The translations under genes were made by a program, and so were the position numbers. A stretch of 64,000 bases of DNA from Bilabrum cf. latius (taxonomy: Eukaryota), in NCBI GenBank assembly GCA_965178125.1, contig OZ237735.1, positions 2,418,001-2,482,000 on the forward strand, in the 5' to 3' direction. Below are positions 54,501-64,000 of this stretch, one piece after another (position 1 is the stretch's first letter; each line of letters begins with the position of its first letter). Below the pieces are notes generated by a model. That model saw only the letters and a program-made list of their open reading frames with translations, did no database searches and was not told the origin of the DNA.

Positions 54501-56396
54501 TTGCCGCTGCCCCTGCCCCGCCTGTGCTTGCTCTTGGCAGGTGCACTGTGGCCTCGGTGCGCTGCCGCAGCACGAGCACCGCTGGCACCTGACCCGTGCT
54601 TGTGGCGGGGCCTGGCGCTTTCTTTGTTCTCTGGGCTCGCGAAGGTTCGCCTGGAGCCAGCCTTGGGAGACGGGGGCCCCTCCACATTCACAACCGCGCC
54701 GCCGTCGTGATTGCCGGCGAGGTTGAGGCTGAGTGCGCTGTCGTGGTACTTCAAGGCTGCATCTTCGCCGCCTTCCCGCCTGGAGCTGCCTCTGCTTCCG
54801 GCGAGTTGCTTGTCCCCAGCCCGGGCCCGCACTCCTGCCTTGAGCACCTGGAACCGCATGGACCACGAGAGGATGCCGTACAGGTTCTTGGCGACCAGGT
54901 CTGCCACCCCGTGAGCTGCGAGAAAGACATAAAGAGGCAGGGCATGCATCAAGCTGGGCTGGGGGCGGGCTAAGGCCTGCGGCTCGTCTCTGTGCGCCAA
55001 GGAGATCGTCCGTCCCAACTGTCTCGCGAGGGCGCCGGTAGCCTGGCTGGCAGATGCAGTATATACCACGAGAGATGCGAGTGCCGGCATGCTGGACCTG
55101 ATAACAAGTGTGTGCAAACTTGCTTTGGAGCTTGCGCGCTCTGCTCACCTACTTTGCTGGAGTTGCTCGAGATGGCTCCGTAGCCCTCCGGGCCCAGAAG
55201 GAAGAGCACCGGGAATGAGCCCCAGCCGAAAGCGAAGCACAACGAGCCTGCGACGTGGAGTGAGAAATGAATGTATCTAACTGAGTTGAAGCAGACTAGC
55301 CTGTCTGGAGGTCGAACTCGCAGCTTAGCGAGGCACGCGTGTTGATGTCTCACTCAGCACCAGCATCCGCTTGGACTCTTCCGTGGGGTACGTCCCGTAT
55401 GCCGTAATGAAGGACTCTGCTACAGTTTTGAAAACAACGAAGCCTGCGCTCGCCCCCAGCACGAACAAAATGGCCTTGAGTGTGTCGTTTGAGGTGATTG
55501 CAGCTGCCATCCCGAAGACGATCATCACCTGGTCTGCAATGATAGCGACCAGAGTCTTCGCCGGGGATCGATTCTTGATGCCTGCGCCAGAGGACGATAT
55601 GTGCCAGCTATTAAGAGTACAGCTCATGTGCCATGGGATCGCCGGCACATTCTAGGCATTCCATCAACACGGCGTTGTTGCGCCCAGACCGATTCTCACC
55701 AAGCGGTAGATTCGTCAAATGAATCAACTGAATCAGACATGTACACATCCATGAGCTATATCTCAAGAAAGGGAACTGATTGCCGGCTTCCAAGCGAATT
55801 GCGGAGGCTGGGCCCAGGATTACTCGAAGCAAGTAAAATATAGCCTCCACAGTCACTACGTAGATCTGCAAGATGTAGGCTATTTAGTCTGATGAAATAA
55901 GCATTTGGCTAACGATCAAAGCCTCGAGTATGCCTATTTGAACACATCAGTCGACCATCTGATGTGTGCACTTGAGCACAATACCTTCTCTCACGTTCTC
56001 CCAGCTCGCAGAGTTGTGATACGTCCGCTGGTACCAGAAAAAAATTGCTTGAAATGCACTAATCAGAGTAACCACAATCCCTGCGATCGATAGAAAGTGA
56101 TCTAGCACCGGATTGCAACACGACGCATCGGAGTGAAAATGGCAAGCATGGTTCGCTTCCCACCGCGAAATTTAACGAAAACATCACTGCTCTCAGTAAC
56201 TCTCAATTATTGAGAGATCGGATGGCCCATCCACTTCCGTACACGGATGGCAGCCAGAAAACAGATCTGTGGCCCGGCTTCGAGCGCCTTGCTGATGATC
56301 GACTTGTGCCGTAGTTTGCAAGCCAGTCTTACCGACAAATGTTCCAGTATCCAGTTGAGGTCCGATCTCATCATTTTCATCTAGTCGTCGCTGCAT
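48512..56396 (-). CDS. Channelrhodopsin (anion-channel-like) with ~2,100-aa cytoplasmic tail containing a receiver-like domain; exons 56396-56333, 56080-55995, 55865-55700, 55581-55354, 55247-55149, 54915-48512 (~2,348 aa)
   Basis: Five phase-consistent GT-AG introns assemble SWENIYVVTVE (TM2), LRYSSWMCTCLIQLIHLTNL (TM3), IIADQVMIVFG (TM4), GWGSFPVLFLLGPEGYG (TM6) and HGVADLVAKNLYG (TM7, retinal Lys). The last exon stays open across about 12 TAGs to TGA at 48512. Confidence 0.88.
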
Positions 56397-56660
56397 CTAG
56401 AGCCGATTGTATGCACTCAACGACTGCTGTTGGGGTCGCAAGGATTCCGGGCTTGCCGTCGCCCGATCGGGCCGTCGCGGCGGCTTCGTGGTCGCAAGCG
56501 GCTCAACACGCCGTCCACCATACCCGCATTCGAGCTCTAGCCGCCGCAGCAAATAACCCGTAGGGCTGTTGCAGCAGCATTTAGAGTGGTTGTTTGACGT
56601 GGTGTGCGGGCTGCCACAGACTGTGAACAAAGGCTGTCAGGCCTGAGGTGAATCTCTGAA

Positions 56661-57668
56661 ATGGGGCTTTGCGCATCAAGCGAAGAGGTGGAACGTAAGT
56701 CGCCAGGATACTGCCTTGGCAATAAGTGGCAATCTTGCATTGATCTTGTTCGTCGTTAGTGCTAGCATTCGTTTGTTTCCGCGTCTTTTCTTGTTTGTCA
56801 TTGTGTTGCAGCGCGGCGGGCGGCTCCCCAGCAAGGCAGAGGCGGAGGGCAGAACGCGTCACAGTACCAACGAAATGGGGCAGGTCAAGCTGCACAGGCC
56901 AACGGGGGGCCCCGAAGCGGGGCGGGTGCCGTGCACGGCACTGGCATACTGCGGCCCTTGGAGCCGTGGGACAATCCAAGCGGCCCCATCGCTCAGTCCG
57001 TGCTGATAAGACAAAGGCAAGAATTTTGGGAATCGCGCGTGACAGGCGCGAAGATCGTTTGGGACAATTTGAAGGTGGTGTGCGACTCCTTGCTGAACGA
57101 TCCGCCAGAGTACGAGTCCGCTTCGGCCATCCTGGAGGCTGCGTAGCTGCGCGTGCCGCAAGGCACGCTGAATGAAGTGTACGACGCTCGGGGGAGGCGT
57201 TACGATCTTCCTCCTTTTGTGTGGTCCACCCCGCGCAACGCCATGTCTGACGAGGAGGTGGCCCGGCAAGAGGCCGCCAAGCGGAAGAAATTCATAGGGC
57301 CGGTGAAACCGCTCAAGCTGCTCGCCCGGCTGTCCACGACCGACACCAAGCAGGAGCAGACCATCGAGGTGACCGTGAAGAACAACAGCACCGCCGCGGA
57401 GCTCAAGCAAGCCATCCACGAGTTCCTAAAGACGGGGCAGGCGGACAAGGGCAAGGCCGAGCGCTCTGTGAACGTGTGGGCCCCAGAGGGCCTGCCCCCC
57501 GCCATGCAGCGCGTGTTCTTCATGGGCAGGGAGATCGGGGAGCACGATCACATGCAGGGGGCCAAGGTGAGCGAAGGCTTCGTCGTGCAGGTGTTCATCG
57601 CGCAAGGTGCCAGGGCGGTGGCGGGGGCGGGCGGGGCGGCTGCGGCAGCTGGCGGGGCTGGGTCCTAA
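56661..57668 (+). CDS. Ubiquitin domain-containing protein (UBTD1/2, DC-UbP-like); exons 56661-56694 and 56812-57668
   Basis: MGLCAS (myristoylation/palmitoylation-like N-terminus), phase-1 GTAAGT...TTGCAG intron, RQEFWESRV..VWDNLK, AA*LRVPQGTL.EVYD..G.RYDLPPF, C-terminal ubiquitin-like QRVFFMGREI. Ends in TAA. Confidence 0.85.
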
Positions 57669-58002
57669 GCACTGTGGCGACAGGGGTGGGGAGGGGAGAG
57701 TCTTGATGGTGCCTTGGTTGAAAGTATTAGTTGATGGTTCTGGCCTGGTTCCCCGGAGAATGGGGAGGACGAGGGGGGGTGGGGGTGATCGAGCAATCGG
57801 AGAATCGATACCCAACCATGATGGGCCCAGACGGCGCCCGGCCCGCTGCCGTATGAAGGTCTTCTTTCTGTGTTGGTGATGAAAGCGGGTGCGCAGCTGG
57901 CCAAATGCTCGGTGTGTCCGTTTTGCAGCTTAAACAACACTTCTTCTCATGTCAGTTTCAGTAAACGAAGCCGAGACGCGTGCGCCGCCCCATGCACTGC
58001 CT

Positions 58003-58139
58003 CATGCGCCTAGAGGCCCTGCATGCGCCTAGAGGCCCTGCATGCGCCTAGAGGCCCTGCATGCGCCTAGAGGCCCTGCATGCGCCTAGAGGCCCTGCAT
58101 GCGCCTAGAGGCCCTGCATGCGCCTAGAGGCCCTGCATG
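58003..58139. repeat. 19-bp tandem repeat CATGCGCCTAGAGGCCCTG x7
   Basis: Seven perfect head-to-tail copies between convergent gene ends. Confidence 0.95.
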
Positions 58140-58156
58140 GCCTCGTCCCCCGTGAG

Positions 58157-61041
58157 TCATTCAACGCGCCTGCTCCTCTGCGACCTGTCTGGCACGCCGA
58201 TCGCGGCGTGCAGCACCAGCTCCCTGTATGCAGCCTCTTGGCCCTGCTCCCCGAGCAAGTGCTTGCCGTACAGCCCCAGGCCAGCACGACCCGCCGCCCC
58301 ACCCTATCCCTCCTACCCACCGCCACAGGCCATCCCCCCCACCATCGCACCCAAAGAGTCGGGTTTGCCGGGCCGCAGCACCAGGCACGGTCGGCGCGAG
58401 GGCGGGCATCCTATGGCGCGCAAGCCCCGTCTGGCAGCCCCCTGCGCCTCGGGGAACACAAAATCAGAACCCCGCGCCGCCTCTCTAGCGTGGCTCGGGC
58501 CTGATCGCCGCCGGCTTGACGAAGACGAAGAGGACGAGGTGGAAGGCGCCTCCACCGCCACGCTGACCTCGGCATCGTCAGCTGTGGCGAGCGTGTCTGT
58601 GTGTCCATCAGTCAATTGGCTGGCGGTGCGCCTCGCCGGGTAGGAGGAGCTATAGGACTGGGTGTCGTCTAACCCGAGCCGCACCTCGATCGCTGCATCA
58701 GCTGCATCCACCCATGCACTCTTGGCACCAGCATGTGGCAGCTGATGCAGCACGCCGTTGCTGCCGAATACTGGCCCGCGTGCCTTCATCGAGTCTATCC
58801 CGTGCACGCGACCCATTGCTTTGAGGGGCAGCTGAGCGCTCAGAACCGTCGGCGCTCCATCACTTGCGTCTTCGTTGCGCGCCCCCCCCCTCCTCGCGCT
58901 CCCTGCGATCCGGCTGCGGGCGGCTGGCCGCCGACCGCCCAGCTGCCCATCTGCGTCCAGCTCCGATGATTGAGCCCCCGACCAGCCCCACACGTCATCC
59001 ATGCCATCATCACCACCCCCATTCCCACTGCCGTCCCCGGACCTCGCTTCAAGCCGATGCACGCCTCCAGCACGTCCCGCTTCATTGATTCGGTCAAACC
59101 CATCGTCTGCAACCGCCGCTGCTGACTCTCCGTTCCTCGCCCCCGCCACACCCCGCCTCTCGCCTTCCCCACTACCTTCATCATCCTCGGATGAATACGA
59201 CAGGGAGGAGGACGAGGTGGTGGACACGAGAGCATCGGCCGGGATGCCTAGCTGCTACGCCAGCCTTGCAGTAGCGGCATAGGTAGCGGCACGCCTGGCT
59301 CTCCTCTCCTCTGTGGCCGCCAGTGCCCTGGACATAGCTTCGACCCCAGCGGTGGCGCGAGCAGGTCCTCGTCCTCGTCCTCGTCCTCGGGCTCCTGCTC
59401 CTCTCGAGCTGCCGGAGGCCGCAGCCATCTCGATGCCGCTGCTACTGCTACTACGGTTCCTGGCGCGGCTGCGGCCATGGCTGCCGCTATAGCTGCTGTC
59501 TTCAGCTCGATGTCTCCTTGGTCGCCTCAGCTCGTTCCCTCGCACAGTGCGTCTCGCAGGAGTTGCTCGGCCGGCGGGAAGAGTGTTTCGAATGCTAGGA
59601 TCCGAGTCCTGTCCATCACTGGCCGACCGCACCCTTCCAGCTGCCCCCACCCCCGCCCCTGCCCCCGCTCCACCTACATCCCTTCGAGACCCGGCTGATA
59701 CACCCCGGGCCCTGCCCCTGCCCCGGCCCCTCAGCCTCCCACCCGTGCTGCCGTCCAAAAATTCCCCCAGCCCCGCTTCCCTCATCCCACTTCTGTACCC
59801 CAGCGAGCGCACGGACCGCTTCGCAGGGAACACGATCAGCGTCCTCAGCGCGACCACGGCCATCAGCCCGTCGCCAATCTCGGCCAGGACGAAGGCCGCC
59901 CAGGGGTACCGGCTCTTCCTCGATGCAATGAGCGCGCACAGCATGCGAAGGGCACAATAGTACATAGTAGTGAACTGCAGAGACCTGGCGTGTCCCTACT
60001 GCTCGTACACCGCGCGCTGGTTCAGGAATGCAGCCGAGGGGATGTCGTCGCGGTGCTCGACGACAAAACGGAGCAAATTCTCCAGGCGGCCAGTCGTGGT
60101 AGAGGAAGCATAACACCCACAAAATACAACAATGATCGCGCAACTGCCGGCCATGTATGATGCTCCCAATTCAGTAAAGCCCAGCACCAGATTCGAGGCG
60201 ATGTGCAATGCACAAAATGCGGGGGCGACCTGAGTGATGAGGAAGGGGAGGTGCCAACACGGTTTATAAATTACTACGCATCGCAACGGAGGGAAGTTTC
60301 GGCGGATTACTGCGCTCTTACCACCAGTAGCAGCCTGCGGTGCTCCATCAAAACTCTCCGGACAGTGATCGCAAACCCGAGGCAAAGCATCAGCAGCATG
60401 CTGAAGCGGCTGGAAGCATCTAATCCAGCAATAATGCCCATGAATACTCTTGGAAACGAGTATTGGCTGCAATGTCCCATCGAGCCGACCTCCACGAACA
60501 AACTTCCGCCGCAACCAAACCTGCGAAGCATGAAGACCCGGGTCCCGGATGGAGGGGCAGCGCGATGCTAGGAATGAAGATCGTTATGCGTGCTATCTAT
60601 GAGCCAAAGGAACGCTTTCCCTCGCGTCGGGTTGAGCTCACGATACAACAGTAGCGGTGGTTGCCGATGCGCACTTCAGCAGCATACCAACTAATACGAT
60701 TGTCCTCGTCGATGCCAGGTGCCTGGACATGTTATCACTGACCATGAAATTGGCACAGAACAACTGCGCTATACATAGGTTGAAATTGGGCTCAAAACAA
60801 GCCATAGGTTGACCGACACCGCCAAGCTGCGCTTCACTTCACTACCGGACCATTTCGGGCTCACTGCAGTCATCCATGACACTGCTACCACTGCACCGAT
60901 AGCTAGTGATGGCGATGATCCTTGCTCAACGCCTGGATCGAATTCTTGGTCGCTGAAGGTCACATTCATGTGGAATCGCGTGAGAATGCCGCCGGCCATG
61001 AAAAGCAGGCGAAGGCCGCACAGCACGACAGTGCATTGCAT
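58157..61041 (-). CDS. Multi-exon multi-pass membrane protein (possibly GOST/TMEM87-GPR107-like) with low-complexity tail; 5' exon structure uncertain
   Basis: The last exon from about 60228 is open through TAGs (59996, 59255, 58313) to TGA at 58157. An upstream exon encodes RFSMLLMLCLGFAITVRRV. Several hydrophobic helices are present. Confidence 0.45.
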
Positions 61042-61141
61042 CCGCGGAATTCTGGAGAATCAAATCTGGGTGGAGTAGCTAATCCAAAGCCTTCTCTGTT
61101 CATTCATTTGCAACCAATCATGCCTACAGCCACCGTTCCAA

Positions 61142-62154
61142 TTACTATCGGCCATGGCTCACGCCAAGCACCTCACTAGAATCGCCAGATGCTCCCTCGC
61201 CCACGCACCCCTCGGAAGCGCCGCCGCGCTGCAGCCGAGGGCCGCTCCTCGACCCGCCAGCCAAACCATTCCTGATCGCAGAGGGCAGGGAATTCCGAGC
61301 TGCATCCGCCCAGTCCCTGGCTCCGTCCACCAATTGCGAGCTGGCGGCCAGCACCGCGCACGCCAGCCTCGCCGACACCGAGGCGCCACCCTGGTACATG
61401 CACAGCTCCTCCGCGCTGGCCAGGGGACTGGATGCAATCGCTGACGAGGAAGAGGACGAGGCACCACCCAGAAGCATCTCGGTGCCGCTGAGCTCCCCAG
61501 ATCCCGCCCGGCGCGCCGTCTCGTCGGGGCGCCTGGGTCGCAGCGGGGGTTCCAGCTTGTCGGCTTGCATGGTCGGCGGAGGCTCGCCGTGGATGAGCTC
61601 GTACTGCTCCCTAAGCTGCTTCTGCTGCAAGTCTTGCATAAATCGAGATATAAACAACACGAAGCCCTCGATGACGGCCAGGAACATGGCGCCCATCAGC
61701 GCGCTCCGTCCCATCGCTCGAGGACCTGCTCGAGCCGCCAGCACGCCACCGGTAAGGCCACCGGCGATGATTGCATTCCAGGCATCCTCTGTCTTTCGCA
61801 CTTTAGTCAGAGTGCAATCGAATATACTGAACATCATCCCCCACACCGCAAAATTGCCACCGAGGACGGGTGCGCGCAATCGCACTCGTGTCAAGCCACC
61901 CATAAATTTCCTTCCTTTAGGGTAGTTGCGAACCCCCATGATAAAATGCCAAACAGACCCTCCCCCCGCACCTGCGAGACATGGCCATCGAAGTGCATGA
62001 GTTGGCATAGAGTGCGACGTGTGTGGCAAACACAATCGTGGCCCATCCGTACACAAGATTGCAACAAAGTCCAAAGGCCAGTGTCCTCACCTAGTATATA
62101 ACCTCCTCCAACATCCTAGAAAATTCGCCATGGGCATGCGATCCGCTCCTCCAT
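61142..62154 (-). CDS. TIM17: Mitochondrial inner membrane translocase Tim17 with C-terminal extension; exons 62154-62091 and 61971-61142
   Basis: MEERIACPWRIF*DVGGGYILG|AGGGSVWHFIMGVRN...RAPVLGGNFAVWG..FS.FDC....RK.ED.WN.IIAG..TGG.LAAR.G. The 3' end reads TAG-TAA. Confidence 0.9.
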
Positions 62155-62272
62155 GCTGAGGAAATGGCCTCGAATCGGATGCTGAAGGAACCCTCGCAAA
62201 ATAATACAGAAATGTGTGGTAAGGTGTGCATAGCAGCACGAGCAATTTCAGCGACTTGCACTTTGGAAAGAA

Positions 62273-63145
62273 ATGCCTGCCGAGAAAGAAGACCAACTTG
62301 GGTGCTGCGGAAAATGCACTGCATTTGTGCTAAAGTTTTGGAACTTGTTTATCCTTGGGCTAGGGCTCGCAATTCTTGCGTATGGGTGAGTTTTTGGAGC
62401 GAGGAGCTCCTGCATCGCCCGAACGGCAAGTGCAAACATTCGACCCCAAGCGCCTCGATAGAGCTATACACCGCAGCATATACATGGTTGTCAAGTTTAA
62501 TGCCGGGTTCAACGTGTTCACTATCAGTATTATGGCATTTGGAGCAGTGAACGCGCTGATGTCCGGTCTCACGTTCTGCTTGTCCGAATCCAAGTGTTTT
62601 GTGACAATATATCTAGTTGTTATGGCCGTGATTGCCGTTGCAGAGCTTGTTGCGGCCTTCGTTTTCAGCATCAAGAGCTCCAGAGACAAGATTGTCAACG
62701 CTATGGAGGACCATGTCGTAAGATAGCAGGGTTCAGTGCTTTGCTTGCTACATACCATCGTGCCCCAGCGCCCATCGTTAGTTTGCGCACCAGATGACTT
62801 TTGCAGGAAGAACACCTTCGTCACGAGATTCACGAGCACGTAACATACTTCGGCTATGTCCTTTATGGAATCGCCGGGGTGCAGACCCTCGCTTGGATCA
62901 CCGCCTACTCGCTGGGCCTGCAGCAGAACAGCTTCGCAGAAAACAAAACGTCCGATTCGTCCTACTCGGACCCGAACACTCGCTTGCTCAACGCGGAGGC
63001 GGGCAGGTCGGGGGCAGCGTCGGGAGGAGACTCACTCATGCCTCCCGCGGGAAGGTCCGCCTACCGCGACGGCAAGCGCGCCATCGACCAGAAGTACGCG
63101 GAGAGGAGGGCGGAGAGGGCCGCGAGGAGGCAGCAGAGGAATTGA
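62273..63145 (+). CDS. Tetraspanin-like 4TM protein with short EC2 (TOM2A-like), ~230 aa; exons 62273-62385, 62477-62717, 62807-63145
   Basis: Two phase-consistent introns. TM1 VLKFWNLFILGLG, TM2/TM3 ...LSESKCFVTIY...AELVAAF, TM4 YGIAGVQTL. No CCG motif; ends in TGA. Confidence 0.75.
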
Positions 63146-63290
63146 AGGAACAGTGCCGTTTGGTCCCAATGCTCTGTGCTGCGCGTTGCATTGGATTGCA
63201 GGAGACAAATTTCGTTATTCGCTGGTTCCTGCATCACATCAGTGCAAGCGCGCTCCGCCACCTTTGTCCAGCTCCTCATGACACACCACG

Positions 63291-64000
63291 TCACACCTCT
63301 TGCGCGCCCCCAATCGCCGCCATGCACGCCTCTCTGTCCTCCAGGTCGAGTTCGCTCAGCAGCAGCGCGCCCTCCGGCAGCTCCCACGCCGTCTCGCCCG
63401 ACACCAGGCTGCAGAACCACTCGTCCTCCTCGTCGCTGTACCGCCTCACAACATCAACACCCGCCCCGCGGGCTGACTCAATTAGCTCATCTAGCAGCTC
63501 CTGCTGCTCGCTTGGCAGGCTCGCTTCGCTCGCATCGTCCCCAGGCCCCTCCTCCACCCCCTCCTCATCCCCCTCTTCTCCGTCCTCCTCCTCGGCATGC
63601 TGTTCGACTCCCACGCTCTGGCCACCCGGAGAAGCACCCCCTCTGCTCTCGCTGCCACCATCACTACTGACGCTCCCAGCATCCTCGCGGTCTGACTCCT
63701 GATCATGCTCCCTGGTGGTTCCATCGGCCCCAAGCTCGCCGGCTCGGATGCGGCGGACAAGCTCCCCCACGTCCTCCGCCGAGACAGGCTCTTCAAGCGC
63801 GGCCAGCGCGCTCTCCAGCACGGCCCCTTCGTCCGGAAGGTGCCACTCGCTCTCTCCCGATTCGGAATTGACGTACCACACGTCGTCTTCGTCAGATTCG
63901 TGGCGGAATACGAGCATATCCATCGCGGCTGCATGCTACACTCTGTCCTCCAGCTCAAGCGTCTCGGATGCAGCACCAGACTCGCTGCCTTCGGTATCTT
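63291..64000 (-). CDS. 3' part of an acidic protein with repeated WW-like modules
   Basis: Repeats WYVNSESGESEWHLP and WFCSLVSGETAWELP. TGA at 63291; the frame continues upstream through a TAG at about 63936. Confidence 0.6.

Noticed and set aside
52460-54592. 710-aa plus-strand ORF and many similar long overlapping ORFs
   Set aside because: These are antisense or off-frame shadows of GC-rich coding sequence with no recognisable motifs.
58003-58139. CRISPR-like array
   Set aside because: The repeats are head-to-tail with no spacers, and there are no cas genes.

Overview
This is gene-dense, GC-rich eukaryotic nuclear DNA with about 19 protein-coding genes, short GT-AG introns and intergenic gaps of about 120-300 bp. 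The lineage is probably a heterotrophic flagellate such as a bicosoecid-like stramenopile (inference only). The dominant signal is a non-standard genetic code: nearly every gene is broken into same-frame ORFs separated only by TAG. TAG falls at conserved Gln positions (RCC1 G-Q-L-G twice, cadherin T-G-Q-I, IPT V-x-G-Q, UIM L-Q-Q-A), while the gene models end in TGA (14) or TAA (4). This indicates UAG=Gln with UAA/UGA retained as stops. Read in that code, the window holds: an RCC1-BTB protein; an ACC deaminase/D-Cys desulfhydrase-like enzyme; a PhoD-like membrane phosphatase; a ~4,430-aa cadherin/IPT surface protein; an LRR-PIN-ZnF-RGG nuclease; an EF-hand/Sfi1-like/WW/B-box protein; a 7TM-like protein; an RRM-STEEP1 fusion; an 11-finger minisatellite C2H2 gene next to nested inverted repeats; a papain-like/reductase chimera; a degenerate Bin3/MePCE; an extended SDR; a 6-exon anion-channelrhodopsin-like gene with a ~2,100-aa tail; UBTD; Tim17; a tetraspanin-like gene; and a WW-like protein. 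All family calls come from manual motif recognition, and no database searches were run.
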